Source: Fistulifera solaris (Eukaryota). From it: a stretch of DNA of 64,000 nucleotides. Position numbers and translations under genes: made by a program. The stretch spans positions 62,001 through 126,000 of the forward strand of contig AP026155.1 of assembly GCA_030295235.1 (NCBI GenBank). The letters run 5' to 3'. Shown one piece after another: positions 48,882-60,099 of this stretch. The notes beneath the pieces are model-generated. The model was not told the origin of the DNA and ran no database searches. It was given only the letters and a program-made list of their open reading frames with translations. Position 1 is the stretch's first letter. Each line of letters opens with the position of its first letter.

Positions 48882-49797
48882 CTAATTTATGCACTGAGAG
48901 CTGGTTGCGACGGGCCAACTACCTCCAAAGCAACCTAGCAATTCAGCGCTAGTGTCGTCTCGATAAGTTATAGTAAATGTGGTTGCCCCCTTTCTTCCTG
49001 TCAGGGAAGTCGCCCAAGTTGCTCCTCCACTCCTTTGAAGATTATATCTTTGTCCGTCGACTGTCATTGACATAGCCTTGACACCCGTGTGTCCGCCGAC
49101 TACCAACACCTTGGTATACCACGCATTGTTTCCGTCTAGAACGACGACTGTGGGGCCCGTCTCGGCGCAATCAACTTGTTTGTAGTAAACTGGAAATACG
49201 CCGGTCGTAGCTCCAGTAATTTCTTTGAATACATCAACAAAGCAATCGAATTCCTTCGCCGACCCGCTATCAACAACTTGAATAACCGCACTTCCCGGGC
49301 GACCGGGATCCGAAGCTGGCTCTCCAGTGTAGGTGATTTTATAACATGTACCGCAACTCATTCCATTGGCTCTTAATCTGTCGTCTACGGCGCAATATCG
49401 TTTGTTTGTTGTCACGTATGGTTTTAACCACGCATTTCCTTTAGCCACAGACGTAGGATGGGCCATTTCACAAGAGCTCCCTTGAACATCGGTTGGATTT
49501 GTCGTCCACATTGTCATCAATCCTTTAGTTCCGAGATCGCCATCATCGGGGGCTAAAAAATAGGTGTCATGCTTGAGAAACTAAAATCGAGTTGGATAAA
49601 TTGAGGTTATTTGAAGTGTACTCACTGTTGTCAGGGATATCGTTGTCGTTGTCATTTTCATTGTCGTCCTGACCATTGTTATTACCCAGACTTTGGCCAC
49701 ACCCGACAAGCCACCGTTGGGCATGAACAGATGGAACACTCAGCGCCATCAGGGCGAGTGAGAAAGAACTTAAAAGGCAACGTTTTTGCATTGTCAT
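48882..49797 (-). CDS. Secreted expansin-like protein 3 (more divergent)
   Basis: SCGTCYKI, IQVVDSG...EFDC, NAWYTKVLV, LQRSGGATW; phase-1 intron 49553-49625; Asn/Asp-rich linker. Confidence 0.82.
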
Positions 49798-50259
49798 TTC
49801 GAATTAACAGAATCGAAGAATCGTTTTGATTTGTGGTTTGTGGTGATGTTGTGCTGGATGAGCAAAGATTTATTGTTCTCAGAAAATTGTGGTGGTTAGT
49901 TTGGCAAGAACGCAAACATGAGGTTTCATTAATGCAAATGTCTGTGCCCGCGTCCAGAAACGCAAAGGGAAAGCTTGTACACTCTAGCAAAGTGTAGGAA
50001 CATCAGCCTTCTAAGTGGTCTTGACCCTTTCTTGGGTTCAGCCTGATGTCTTGGCTGACATTATTGCCCTAGCTTGGTTGGAAATTCTGCACCGGTCGGA
50101 GAGACCCGAGACATCGGAGAAGATTATCCGCTAACCTTGTTCCACCGAAAACGAAACAGGCATGCTTTTGCTAGGGCTAGTGCAGCCGCATGCTGCAACA
50201 AAATTATACCTAATTCATTTGCAGCTTAACGAGATGACAAGTTGCTTGAGCAACAAGTG

Positions 50260-52118
50260 CTATGTCGCTGTGCACGTGGCTTCCGGCGATACTTTAGTAG
50301 CCCGGAAATACCCCGAAAGGAATCCGAAGAAGAAAACTAAAGATACCACCTTCCGCAAGTAGCTGTTGCGCAAAACGACCAAAAGGTCAATCGGATCGAC
50401 CCGCAAAGGAAGGATTGCTCCCTCTTTCACTGCAGTTGCGTCTTGAGCTGGCTTTGTAGCGCCTACTATGGGTGCTTCCAGTCGAGACACGCTACCCAAA
50501 GTAATGTGGACCCGTGGTGCCGAGTGATTGCAATGTCGCGTCTTGATCATGTGACTGTAATTTTGGAGGGTTTTGTGACCAATCAAAAGAAGTGAATTGT
50601 GGTGGCAGTAAATGTGTTGCGGCGCGTATTTGCATTCATCAGCATTCTTTGGCTCAAATTCGATGACTCGGCCTTCGCCAAGTGCCACAACAGCCACATA
50701 GTTTATTCGGCGTGTTACCTTGTCCGACGGTAAGTAACATTGATTGTATACATCCTTCAGCTCGTGTGCAGTATTTTGATCATCGGATGTAGACGAAGGG
50801 TGGCCTTTTGTGGATAACCAAGGTTCGCTGTGCCCTCGGTCGATGAGCTCGCATTTGTGACTACCGATTTCTCTTCCTGACTATCCGTTGGCTTGACAAG
50901 ACCTACTCGACCCCAGTCCAAAGTTTGATTTATTAGCTCTTCTACGTGATGTTGGACCGGTCGGAAGATCGCAGTAAAAGTTGATGCTTTATCACTCGTC
51001 CATTCATAGTGCAGTCTGTGCTTTGCCCGGACAACTTCGACAATTACCGTGAGCAAAGCATCCGCTTTTTCCGCTTCAAAGACTTCTGGGAGAAGCATAG
51101 AGTCCCCGGCCCCTATTCCGGACAATCGAACACATCCGTCAAATATCAGTCGCTCGGGCTTCGTATCCGTCAGACGTGTCTTGCGTTGTCGTTCCTTCCC
51201 ATCTTCCTTTTTCTCGTCATCCTTCATAAGGCTATCTTTGTTCTGTATACTATAAGGACGTCCCTGTATCGGTACCGAAGGCGCCAGCACTCCATGACAA
51301 AACAGCGCCAGCGAAAAGTAAGTGGCCGGTTGTTGTGCTGCATCTGCTTGTGCCGTCGCATCCGTCAAGGTCGTGACGTATCCCAAATGATTCGCCGAAC
51401 GCACCGTGGCTGCGACACTTTGTGGAGTCGATACTCCTGCTACCATGACGTGTGTGACGTGATGTTGCCGGAGTTGCGCATGCAAGGTGGTTTCGAGAAA
51501 GGCCGAATACCATTGCTTGGTCATAGTGTAGACTCGGGAATGTCGCGACAATAATTCAATCATAGCCGCTGCTTCGGGATGCCACTCACTTCCGTTCGTT
51601 CCCATAGTACAACAGGCTCCCTTACTAAAATACAGTGACCGGATGAAGTAAACGACACCACCGAGTTGCAATGTTTGTTGTGTCAGTTCTCGTATACGCC
51701 TCAATAACGACGTGCGTCGCCGGGTCATGTCAGAAGGTCCTAATAACCCCGATGTTTCATCCAGTACATCATTTTGTAAATCGACTACCAGTAACGCCAG
51801 TCTCTCATTTTCCTGGTTTTGAGTTTGCAACGCTTGTCGTACTTTCGCACGCGCGGCGGGAGATAGGAGTCGAGGTCTCGTCAGTGTCTCCTCTTCCTCG
51901 AGACACCCCGAACTCCAGTCGGAGAGAGGTACATGATGTAAATTTCGACAAGGAGAACTCGGATGTATACAGTCAAATGTATTATCGTCGTTCTCGTCGA
52001 CATTCGGAAGTTGATGATGATTCGAAAAGGAATAGCGCTGCTGGTATCTTTCGAGCAAAAGTTTTCGTGAGGCGGCCCCCTTTTGTTTTGCTTCGGCCTT
52101 TTTCGGTGACAAAGACAT
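50260..52118 (-). CDS. Isochorismatase (cysteine hydrolase)-like + degenerate AlkB-type 2OG-Fe(II) oxygenase fusion with hydrophobic C-terminus
   Basis: LLVVDLQND, TKQWYSAFLETTL, VAGVSTPQSVAATVRSA; linker IGAGDS; then VVALGEGR, HNSLLLIG..T...YSH.I and PRVHITL. One frameshift between ~50760 and 50880. Confidence 0.7.
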
Positions 52119-52586
52119 GCTAAATGAAGAAAATACGTACTGTAATGAAGAAAAGAGGGAAAAACTAAGATAGATTGATCGTAATAGCAACAAAGATCCT
52201 TTGCTGTGACATCCAGGATTGCAAAAAAAATCATGTCGTGTTTTCAGCGGATCGGAAACCTTTTGGGCGCACACCTTTTTCATTCGCGGTGTGTCCCGGA
52301 CCTCAAGAAAATTTTCCTTTGTCGTATAGGTACCAAAAGAAGTCTCTCATAGTAAACAGTACAAATGCGTCAGTTTCGAAGAAGTTGTGTACGACGATAC
52401 GCAAGATGCCGACGGAAACTGGGCCAAACAGAAAATTACATCAGAAAAGAGGCGGTACCAGGTATAGGTCAGTCAACTCAAATATCTTTTGGGTTTGTTC
52501 ATCGATGTTCTCACAACCATTCTTCTGCTCTACTACTCATCTGGAGTTGCTCGAGCATCGATCCTTCCTTGCTACAGCACATTATC

Positions 52587-54511
52587 ATGAAGAGTCTCAT
52601 TCAAGATAGCTCACTCACCAGCTTGTCGGCACTCTGGGTCACCTTATGCACGGGCTTGGTATGGAAGCACCCCGAGCTCCTCCTCGTATTTGTCAGTTTT
52701 ACTACATGTTTTGCAATTGCCTTTGTTTTGGGACATCCGCAAAACAAAGTTCGTGTGCAAATTGGCATCATGGCGTGTGTCTTGGCGCTCCTATCACTCT
52801 ATCACTTTCGCGTTCCGCCTCCGGAATATCTCGCTTTGAGCATTCTCGTTGGTTTCTTGGCCTTTGATCACTGGTACTCGGCCATGTACTGCACGAAACC
52901 TTTGGCCGTTGCCGTGGAAGATGCCCTGACACTTACGCTACAACTCACTCTACTGGTACTCGTGCTATCCTCCGACCAGCAAGCCTGGTGGTCATCGTAC
53001 CGATCCTTTCTTTTGACATGGACCGTATACAAAATCACTCGTTTGACTTGGCAAGTGGATCAGGTTCCATCATCGGGTGATACGAAAAAGCGTGGGGTAC
53101 CCGCAACGACAAACGGCACATCAAATGAGTTTACAAAAACTCAAATTACGAGTAGTAAAGAGCCATTTTTCTCCCACTCCGACAGGCTCTGGACTATTCG
53201 AGGTGAACAATACGATTTGAATGAGTACATTTCGCTTCATCCCGGAGGAAAGGAAGCCATTTTACTTGGAAGAGGTCGTGATTGCACGGCTCTCTTTGAA
53301 TCGTACCATCCTTTCACACAACAACACGAAACAGTTTTACAAAAGTATCGAATCCACAAAACAGACACCGACGTTTCTTCCAAAGATCCATTTTATAGTA
53401 TTCTCTGCCAACGTGTTCAAGAGAGTCTCAAGGAGCAAAACTTTCATCCTCGAAACGATCGTGCTGCCTCCTGGCTTCGATGTTTTTATTATGCTATCAT
53501 TGTAACGGGCGTGTTGTTGTCGGCTCGGGCACACTTCAAGGTACGGTGCAGATTGCAGTGGTCGGTTGAGAGCTTTTCATAGGACATCATCACCTCATTC
53601 CTTTCTTTCAGGGCAGTATTTGGGGAAGTTTCTTTTTGGCAGTGTTCGGGTGGTTGGTGGGAGCTCTGGGACACGACGCCGGTCACTATTCCGCGAGTCG
53701 AAGTGCGTGGATGAATGATTGGGGTGTATGGGCCATGTCGTTCTTGTGTAACCCCATCATGTGGCAGCATCAGCATACGTATGCGCATCACAGTCACACA
53801 AATTCCTTTGAACACGACCCCGATTTGCACCATTTTGTCACGTTCCTCCGCGTTCACCGAAGATTCCAGCACAATGATGTCTACAAGTATCAGTCCAACG
53901 TGCCTTACGTCATATTTGCCTACTGCTTCGTTTGTTTCGGTACTTGTTTTTGGGTTCCAATGTCTGTGATACAAGAAGGCGGCATCTATGGAATGGTCGA
54001 GTGGACTGACCGCAAACGCCCTCTTCGTGCTTTGGGAATGTGGGCTCATCTGTTGGTGTACGTGGGATTTTTGATGGTTTGGCCCTTCTTCGTGCATTCT
54101 ACTTTGTTAAAAGGTCTCTGTGCGGTGGTTGCCCATGTTGCTACTTGCGGTCTTTTGTTCGCACTCTTTTCTCAAATCAACCATCTAAACGAAGCTTCCC
54201 TAGAACGCAAACAGCAACACGACAACCCACTCTTGAAGAATTCCTGGGCCGTTGCGCAAATCGAAACTTCGAATAACTTTTGCCCACAAAGCAGTTTCTG
54301 GCATGTGCTATCCAACGGTCTGAACTTACAGATTGAGCACCACCTTTTCCCAGGTCTAAATCATTGTCACTTGTACCGAATCCAACCTATCGTGCAGGCC
54401 ACCTGCAGGGAGTTCGGTGTCGAGTACAAGAGCTATCCCAGCTGGAGTGAGTTAATGAATGCCACTCTACAATGGCTAGATAAACTGGCCAAAGCCCCAT
54501 CATCTCATTGA
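52587..54511 (+). CDS. Front-end (cytochrome b5-fused) fatty acid desaturase with N-terminal multi-TM extension
   Basis: HPGG, HDAGH, QHTYAHH and QIEHHLFP boxes; intron 53541-53611. Confidence 0.92.
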
Positions 54512-54925
54512 TGGAAGCGCTACGACTTGAAGATGTAAATAAGATGTAGATAACACCGTTTGGAACCAAAGGAGTCTCAACAACAGATGGTTGGGATGTT
54601 TGAGTCCGATAACCCCGTAAATAAGGAATTTTACAAGAATGAACCTATTCGAACCTTGGAATGGCAGCACCATTTTTTCTAGGAAACACAGTGTAGCTGA
54701 AATATCTCCGACTCGTCGTCATTTCAGTCACGAAGGTTGTCTTCAAGATTATCTATTATCTATGGCCGATAATTTCTACCTCGTTTTAGCTATCAAATTA
54801 TATCTGAAAGTCTGTAATATTACATCCATAGTGGGGCTAGTTCCGTGTTTGTGGTTTTTGGACTACCTCCTATCGACAAGATCCTCCAAAGAGAGAGAGC
54901 GTCTGTACGCGAAACAAGAGGTCCA

Positions 54926-54958
54926 TGGATGATGGATGGATGGACGGACGGACGGACG
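54926..54958. repeat. (GGAT)n(GGAC)n microsatellite
   Basis: GGATGATGGATGGATGGACGGACGGACGGACG. Confidence 0.7.
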
Positions 54959-55380
54959 AGTGGAGCGGTGCGATTTCTTGTAACGTTTTCGTAACGTTTA
55001 AAGGGGCCCAACAGGTTTCCGAATGCAGAGTTTAGCACACATCTTTTCCGTTCAATGAAATGGTCTCTATCAATGTCAGCATGTACAGTCGACGGATAGT
55101 CAATCGCGTTCATACTAGCTTAGCCACCTTCACTTGGCTATGATGGCGCTCCCGATCATTTAACTGAAACGAACGGCACACCCAACGCTCTCTTGGCGAT
55201 GGCGGAAAAAAATCAAAGAAGACCACGACAAACAAAGCCGCATTTGTTGGCATCTTTAAGTAGTGTGTTGTAATTTCTTCTATTATACTTTTCAGCAAGA
55301 TCCAGGAAATGCTTTTCCTGTTGTAATTTATCAACCACAGCAATTCGTATTTATCATTCTCATTCGTCATTCAACAGACT

Positions 55381-56390
55381 ATGATCCGTTCGTCAGCTTC
55401 GATTGTAGCGCAAGACGTGACGGTTCGATGTGTAAGTGCTTGTTAATATTATATCAGTCTCAACCTCTTCTATTCCCCTCTCTCACACATCGTCAACTCA
55501 CTACAGCGCGTTCGAAGATCGCAATCTGTCTTAAACGAGTCGTACGAAGCCCCACAGAATATGATTTGTACCTTGCGCAATTGGGAACATCGTCATGCAT
55601 TTTCGACATTAATGACGTCTCATCATCGAACACATCTAGACGGACCGGAATTGCTGTTAACACCGGAACTTGCGTCAATAAGGGATGTGTCTCCTCTACG
55701 GCATTCCGGAATGAGGCCGGAACGACCACCACCGGCTCCGTTTAGTATTCCTATTTACGATATACTCGTCGTGGAAACGCTTAACAATCATCGCTACCGT
55801 GCTCGCAACAACAACAACAACCAACTTATCATTACAACTCGATCTTTTGGTGTATTCGAATTGAATTGTGAAAGTCTCAACGGCCATGATATACTGTTGG
55901 CCTTTTTGCACGCTTCGTTACCACCGGAACGGATCTTGGATGGTGATGGCAATAGTCACATACGGCCATCGATATCGACCGTCTCATCGTGTCTGGATAT
56001 GGATCATTTTACGGCGCAAAAGTTCGAGAACGAGGTGAAAATGAAACGTGGCCCGAAAAATGGTCTCGACGGATGGGCAAAGTCGTTCATTCGTTGCACG
56101 AAATTTCCTTGACGCTTTGCGATGCCTCCGCGTGTTGTCAACAAGTGCAAACCGAATTGTTGTCATCGAGGCATGCTGGAAGATGTAGCACGGCCGAACG
56201 ACGAGATCCACCGGCTGTCGATTGGAATGATCTGGGCTTGGAAGAGGAAGAGTCGTCGTGGAGTTCTCCTTCCGTGGCCACTTATACTACTAATGCGAAT
56301 CCTAAGGAGAATGTATCGATGAAGCGAGATCCACCGGAATGGCACATCAGAGGTGCTATGGAACCCGAACTGCAGTCGACACGGCGATAA
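55381..56390 (+). CDS. Hypothetical protein
   Basis: ATG at 55381; in-frame intron 55432-55506 (GTAAGT...CTACAG) joins ORF 55561; a frameshift near 56040 continues into ...ETWPEKWSRR...CDASACC. Confidence 0.55.
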
Positions 56391-56666
56391 AGGAATGAAT
56401 TCTATAATAAGGGTTGGAAGGGAACCATTTTCTTTGTACAAGTAGCAAGAAAAAAACTAAGGAAGCGGGTGTCGGTGATCGCAATAATGACGTAGATAAT
56501 GTTGGTTACTGGTGGAGGGTCTGGCATCGCCCGTTAGAGCCTAGTTAACCTACCCACATTAAACAATCCTGGAACATTTGTAAAGAAATATTGATTTCAT
56601 CGACTACCAGGTACCGGTACCGGTACCAGGTATAGGCTTTCCAATCTAACAACGTGGTTCCGGTCA

Positions 56667-56826
56667 AAATACCTCTCCCCCAGATTTTCTGGAAACGTCG
56701 AAATACCCTACGTCCAGATTTTCTGAATACTTCAAAATACCATACCCCCAGATTTTCTGGAAACGTCGAAATACCAGTCCCCCAGATTTTCTGGAAACGT
56801 CGAATACCATACGCCCAGATTGTATG
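56667..56826. repeat. 34-bp minisatellite, about 4.7 copies, with internal palindrome
   Basis: Units start at 56667, 56701, 56735, 56769 and 56803; consensus AAATACC-N6-CCAGATTTTCTGGAAACGTCG. Confidence 0.9.
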
Positions 56827-57022
56827 GACAAGTTCGAGAGTCGCTGCATCGCAACGCTTTTATTATTCCTTACATTTTTATACGTCCTTAATTATTCCAT
56901 GTGCATTTCTCATTTCGGCTCATACGTTTACGTTGTTTATCTGTATGCGATTCTCATTCTTATAAACAAAAAAAATAAAGTTCCTATCCATTCACAAGAC
57001 GTTGTAACATACATTTGAATAA

Positions 57023-58282
57023 ATGTTTGCGGGTGACGACACGGCCGAAGTTTCTCTGGATCTTCCGTGTCGAGCAGTGTGTGCAGTTCGTGCGAATCGA
57101 AACGAAACACAATTCCTCGTGGGTTCGTGCAGTACTTCCGAAACAAATCGAATCCATGTACTGCATTATAATAATAATAACAACAACAACAATGATGAAG
57201 TGAATGTGCGTGCTCAACTGGTTCAGGAACAGGGACCGATGGAAGTTATTTGCAGCAGTCCCAAGGATCCGACATTACTGTGTACGGCGCATTCGTCGTC
57301 TCAGTTGTTGTTGCAGCAATTACCGGACGAAGCTGTAGTGACGACGACTTACTCCAGTGATGACGATCGAATGGATGCAACATCATCAACGACGATGGAG
57401 CAATTAATTGCATTAGAAACAAACGGAATTGTGTCCGATATCAGTTGGGGCGATGAGTCGTCTACAGGAGAACTCTTGTTCATTACACGTTCCGGGCATT
57501 TGACTCAATTCGATATCGAAACACAACAATTCATTCGAACACTGTCACTGGAATCCTCAACTACGTTACCCCGCCTGCAATGGGATCCCCACGCGAATGG
57601 CCATGCGGTCGCCGTCACCGTCGGGAAACGCGTTCATCTTTTGGATTGGCGGACCGATACCTCCATTCCCACCGGTACCGTCGATGCCTTTGTGGCACAT
57701 CGACGACCGGGACATGTCACGGCCTTGGATTACAATCCCAATAAACCCTACGTGTTGGCAACCGGAGGACAAGATGGGTTGGTGCAATTTTGGGATTTGC
57801 GTTTGACCAATCGGCCTTTGTTGGTGGCGCGGGGAGGGTACGTCTTTCTGTCATGTTGTGCATTCATGCCGGTATACGCATTGACACAATGATTGACTCA
57901 CTTTCTCTAACCATTGTTGTTGTCGTTCGAATCCAGCCACTCGCACTGGATATCGTCCTTGCAATACAATCCCTTTCATGATCAGTTGGTTCTTTCGTCA
58001 GGAACCGATTCGATCGCCAATTTGTGGCGCATGAGTACAATTTCTAGTGCACCCTTATTGACCAACGATGCCGATGTGGTGAATGGAGAGGAGGAGGACG
58101 ACGACAACGCATCGGAAACGGCGGGACCCAATGCCCGGATCGCCCGACACGAACATGTGGATGCGATCTACGGTTCCTGTTGGTCCGCGGCAGATGCCTG
58201 GGTGTATCTGACGTTGGGGTACGATGGGAAAGTACAATGTCATTCCGTTCCGAGTAAAGAAAAGTACAAAATTCTGCTTTAA
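57023..58282 (+). CDS. EIPR1: WD40 protein, EARP/GARP-interacting protein 1 (TSSC1) homologue
   Basis: FLVGS, WDPH, LDYNPNKPYVLATGGQDG, G|HSHW...YNPFHDQLVLS, WSAADAW...YDGKV, VPSKEKYKILL; intron 57838-57936. Confidence 0.88.
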
Positions 58283-59647
58283 TGATAATAAGGAATATAG
58301 CTGTTTAACTAACAATAAGGAGCAAGTCGTCGCGTGTAAAATTGTTACACTTTGTTACTGATTGTCATGAGCAGCTATCTGTAAAGGAGTGCATGCTTTC
58401 ATAATAAAGGCTAAGCATCGTTTTCGTTCGAGTAGACTGGAATGTCAAAAAAGAAGATGATCAGAAAGCGTGAGTATCAGTAAGACGAAGTTGTTAATGA
58501 ATAGAATCAATCGAAAGAAACTTCGAACCCAAATGGATTTTCTTTTGCTCCGATTGCAGTTAAAAAGCTTAATTTTGGTAACCCTCATAGAAAAGGTCAG
58601 GCCGAAGTAATGGTTCTACCGTTTCGTCCTTGCAAAGCAAACCCCAATGGCTTCGAGTCATTCCTTTCCGGGACTTATGCACCCTTCGAAACAATGGCGT
58701 ACCTTTGTCTTCCAGATTCCTGGTAGTCGTCCATATAACGCATCCTCCGTTTTCAACACGAAGCGGAATTCCGAAGAAACAAATTCATCCCCACGTAATG
58801 AATCGAACACAAAATTAGAATCATGATGATGTGTAAAGGCCATTGAAATTGTCCTGTCACAACGGAGAGAAACAGCGATATCAAAAAGAAGGCAGAGGCA
58901 GCGACGCCGGCTGCTGTGTGGATGTCGTTCATTCTGCTAATATCTTTTTACCCGCTCTCATCTCGTTTCTAAAAAAATCAAATCATATCATTATATTCAT
59001 TATAACAACATGTGAAGAATAGGGCAAGTTGCACAAAAAGCCAAGTAATAGAATAATAAAAAGGAGCAAACAAATGAAGACGATGAGGTTGAGGTTGTGT
59101 CGTCCTGTTCTCCAAAGGAGTATATGTTACTCCTTTGGGTACTCCGTGCAAATAATATTTGCAACGAGTGGTTGCGTCCGGTTGTTAGTTCCGTGACACG
59201 AAATCGACGGAGTCGTGGGAACCCCTTCGACTTGCATTTTACCTTAATACTTTGTACGTAGTAGGAAACCAAAACGCCAGTTTTTACTTGCCGCCATCCA
59301 CAACTCCAGAAGTGGCGCATAAACTCATTCCTTTTTCTTCACTTTCATACAGAGCTATCTCAGCGGGCTCTTTGCTTGTTAAATAGTCTCCTGGACATAG
59401 TCACGGAAATGATTGCGCTTAGGAGTGGGCGAAAGGGAAATCAGATGATCAATGATTCGTGACCGATGCAGTCGTGAAGAACGGTCGCCTACATTCTGGA
59501 ATATAGTACAGATGAAATTGAACGATCTGCAAGGTTTTTCAAAGTGAAATATCGAAGGACCCATTGCAAATGGCATGGAAGGTTATGTAAAGGTGGTAAC
59601 AATCAATATAAGCTCAACACATGTGGAGAACGAACGGTAGCTCGGTG

Positions 59648-59881
59648 AAAGTCTGGCTCGAATTTTTTAATTCATGACTGAAATGCAGTCTTGAAGAAAT
59701 ACGGACAACAGAAGTCTTATCGATGTAAATAAACAAAGCAAGCGATGCACTGCAAATGCTCGTCGATTAAATTGCACTTAGCCAACAACAAATGTAGCTC
59801 ACCAAGCATGTAGAACAAACATAAGGTTTGGTGGAAGTCTGGCTCTAAAATTTCTTGCCTCATGGCTAAAATGCAGTCGTG
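59648..59881 (-). repeat. Two further copies of the dispersed intergenic repeat (59648-59690 and 59835-59881)
   Basis: AAAGTCTGGCTCGAATTTTTTAATTCATGACTGAAATGCAGTC and AAGTCTGGCTCTAAAATTTCTTGCCTCATGGCTAAAATGCAGTCGTG. Confidence 0.65.
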
Positions 59882-60099
59882 GTCTCCGAGAGCTAAATTT
59901 TGACGTTAACTCTGAGCCGTCGGACAAAACTCACGCGCTGCAAACAAAGCAAAGAGCTTCATGGCTTCGCTAAGGTCACTGGCAAGTGAAAGGCCAATTA
60001 AATCTTTGATCACTTACAAAAAAAACACGAAAGCTAGCATATTCATTATGATCAATGCGACAAAACGTTATTCTGAAGCCAAAAACAGCGTGTTTTTCG

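Noticed and set aside
56667..56826. CRISPR array (palindromic repeat with variable segments)
   Set aside because: Variable segments are only about 6 nt and related to one another, there are no cas genes, and the context is eukaryotic; it is a minisatellite.
58300..60090. Possible hidden gene or RNA gene in the 1.8-kb gap
   Set aside because: Only short motif-less ORFs; no tRNA cloverleaf or snRNA recognised; just two copies of the dispersed repeat.
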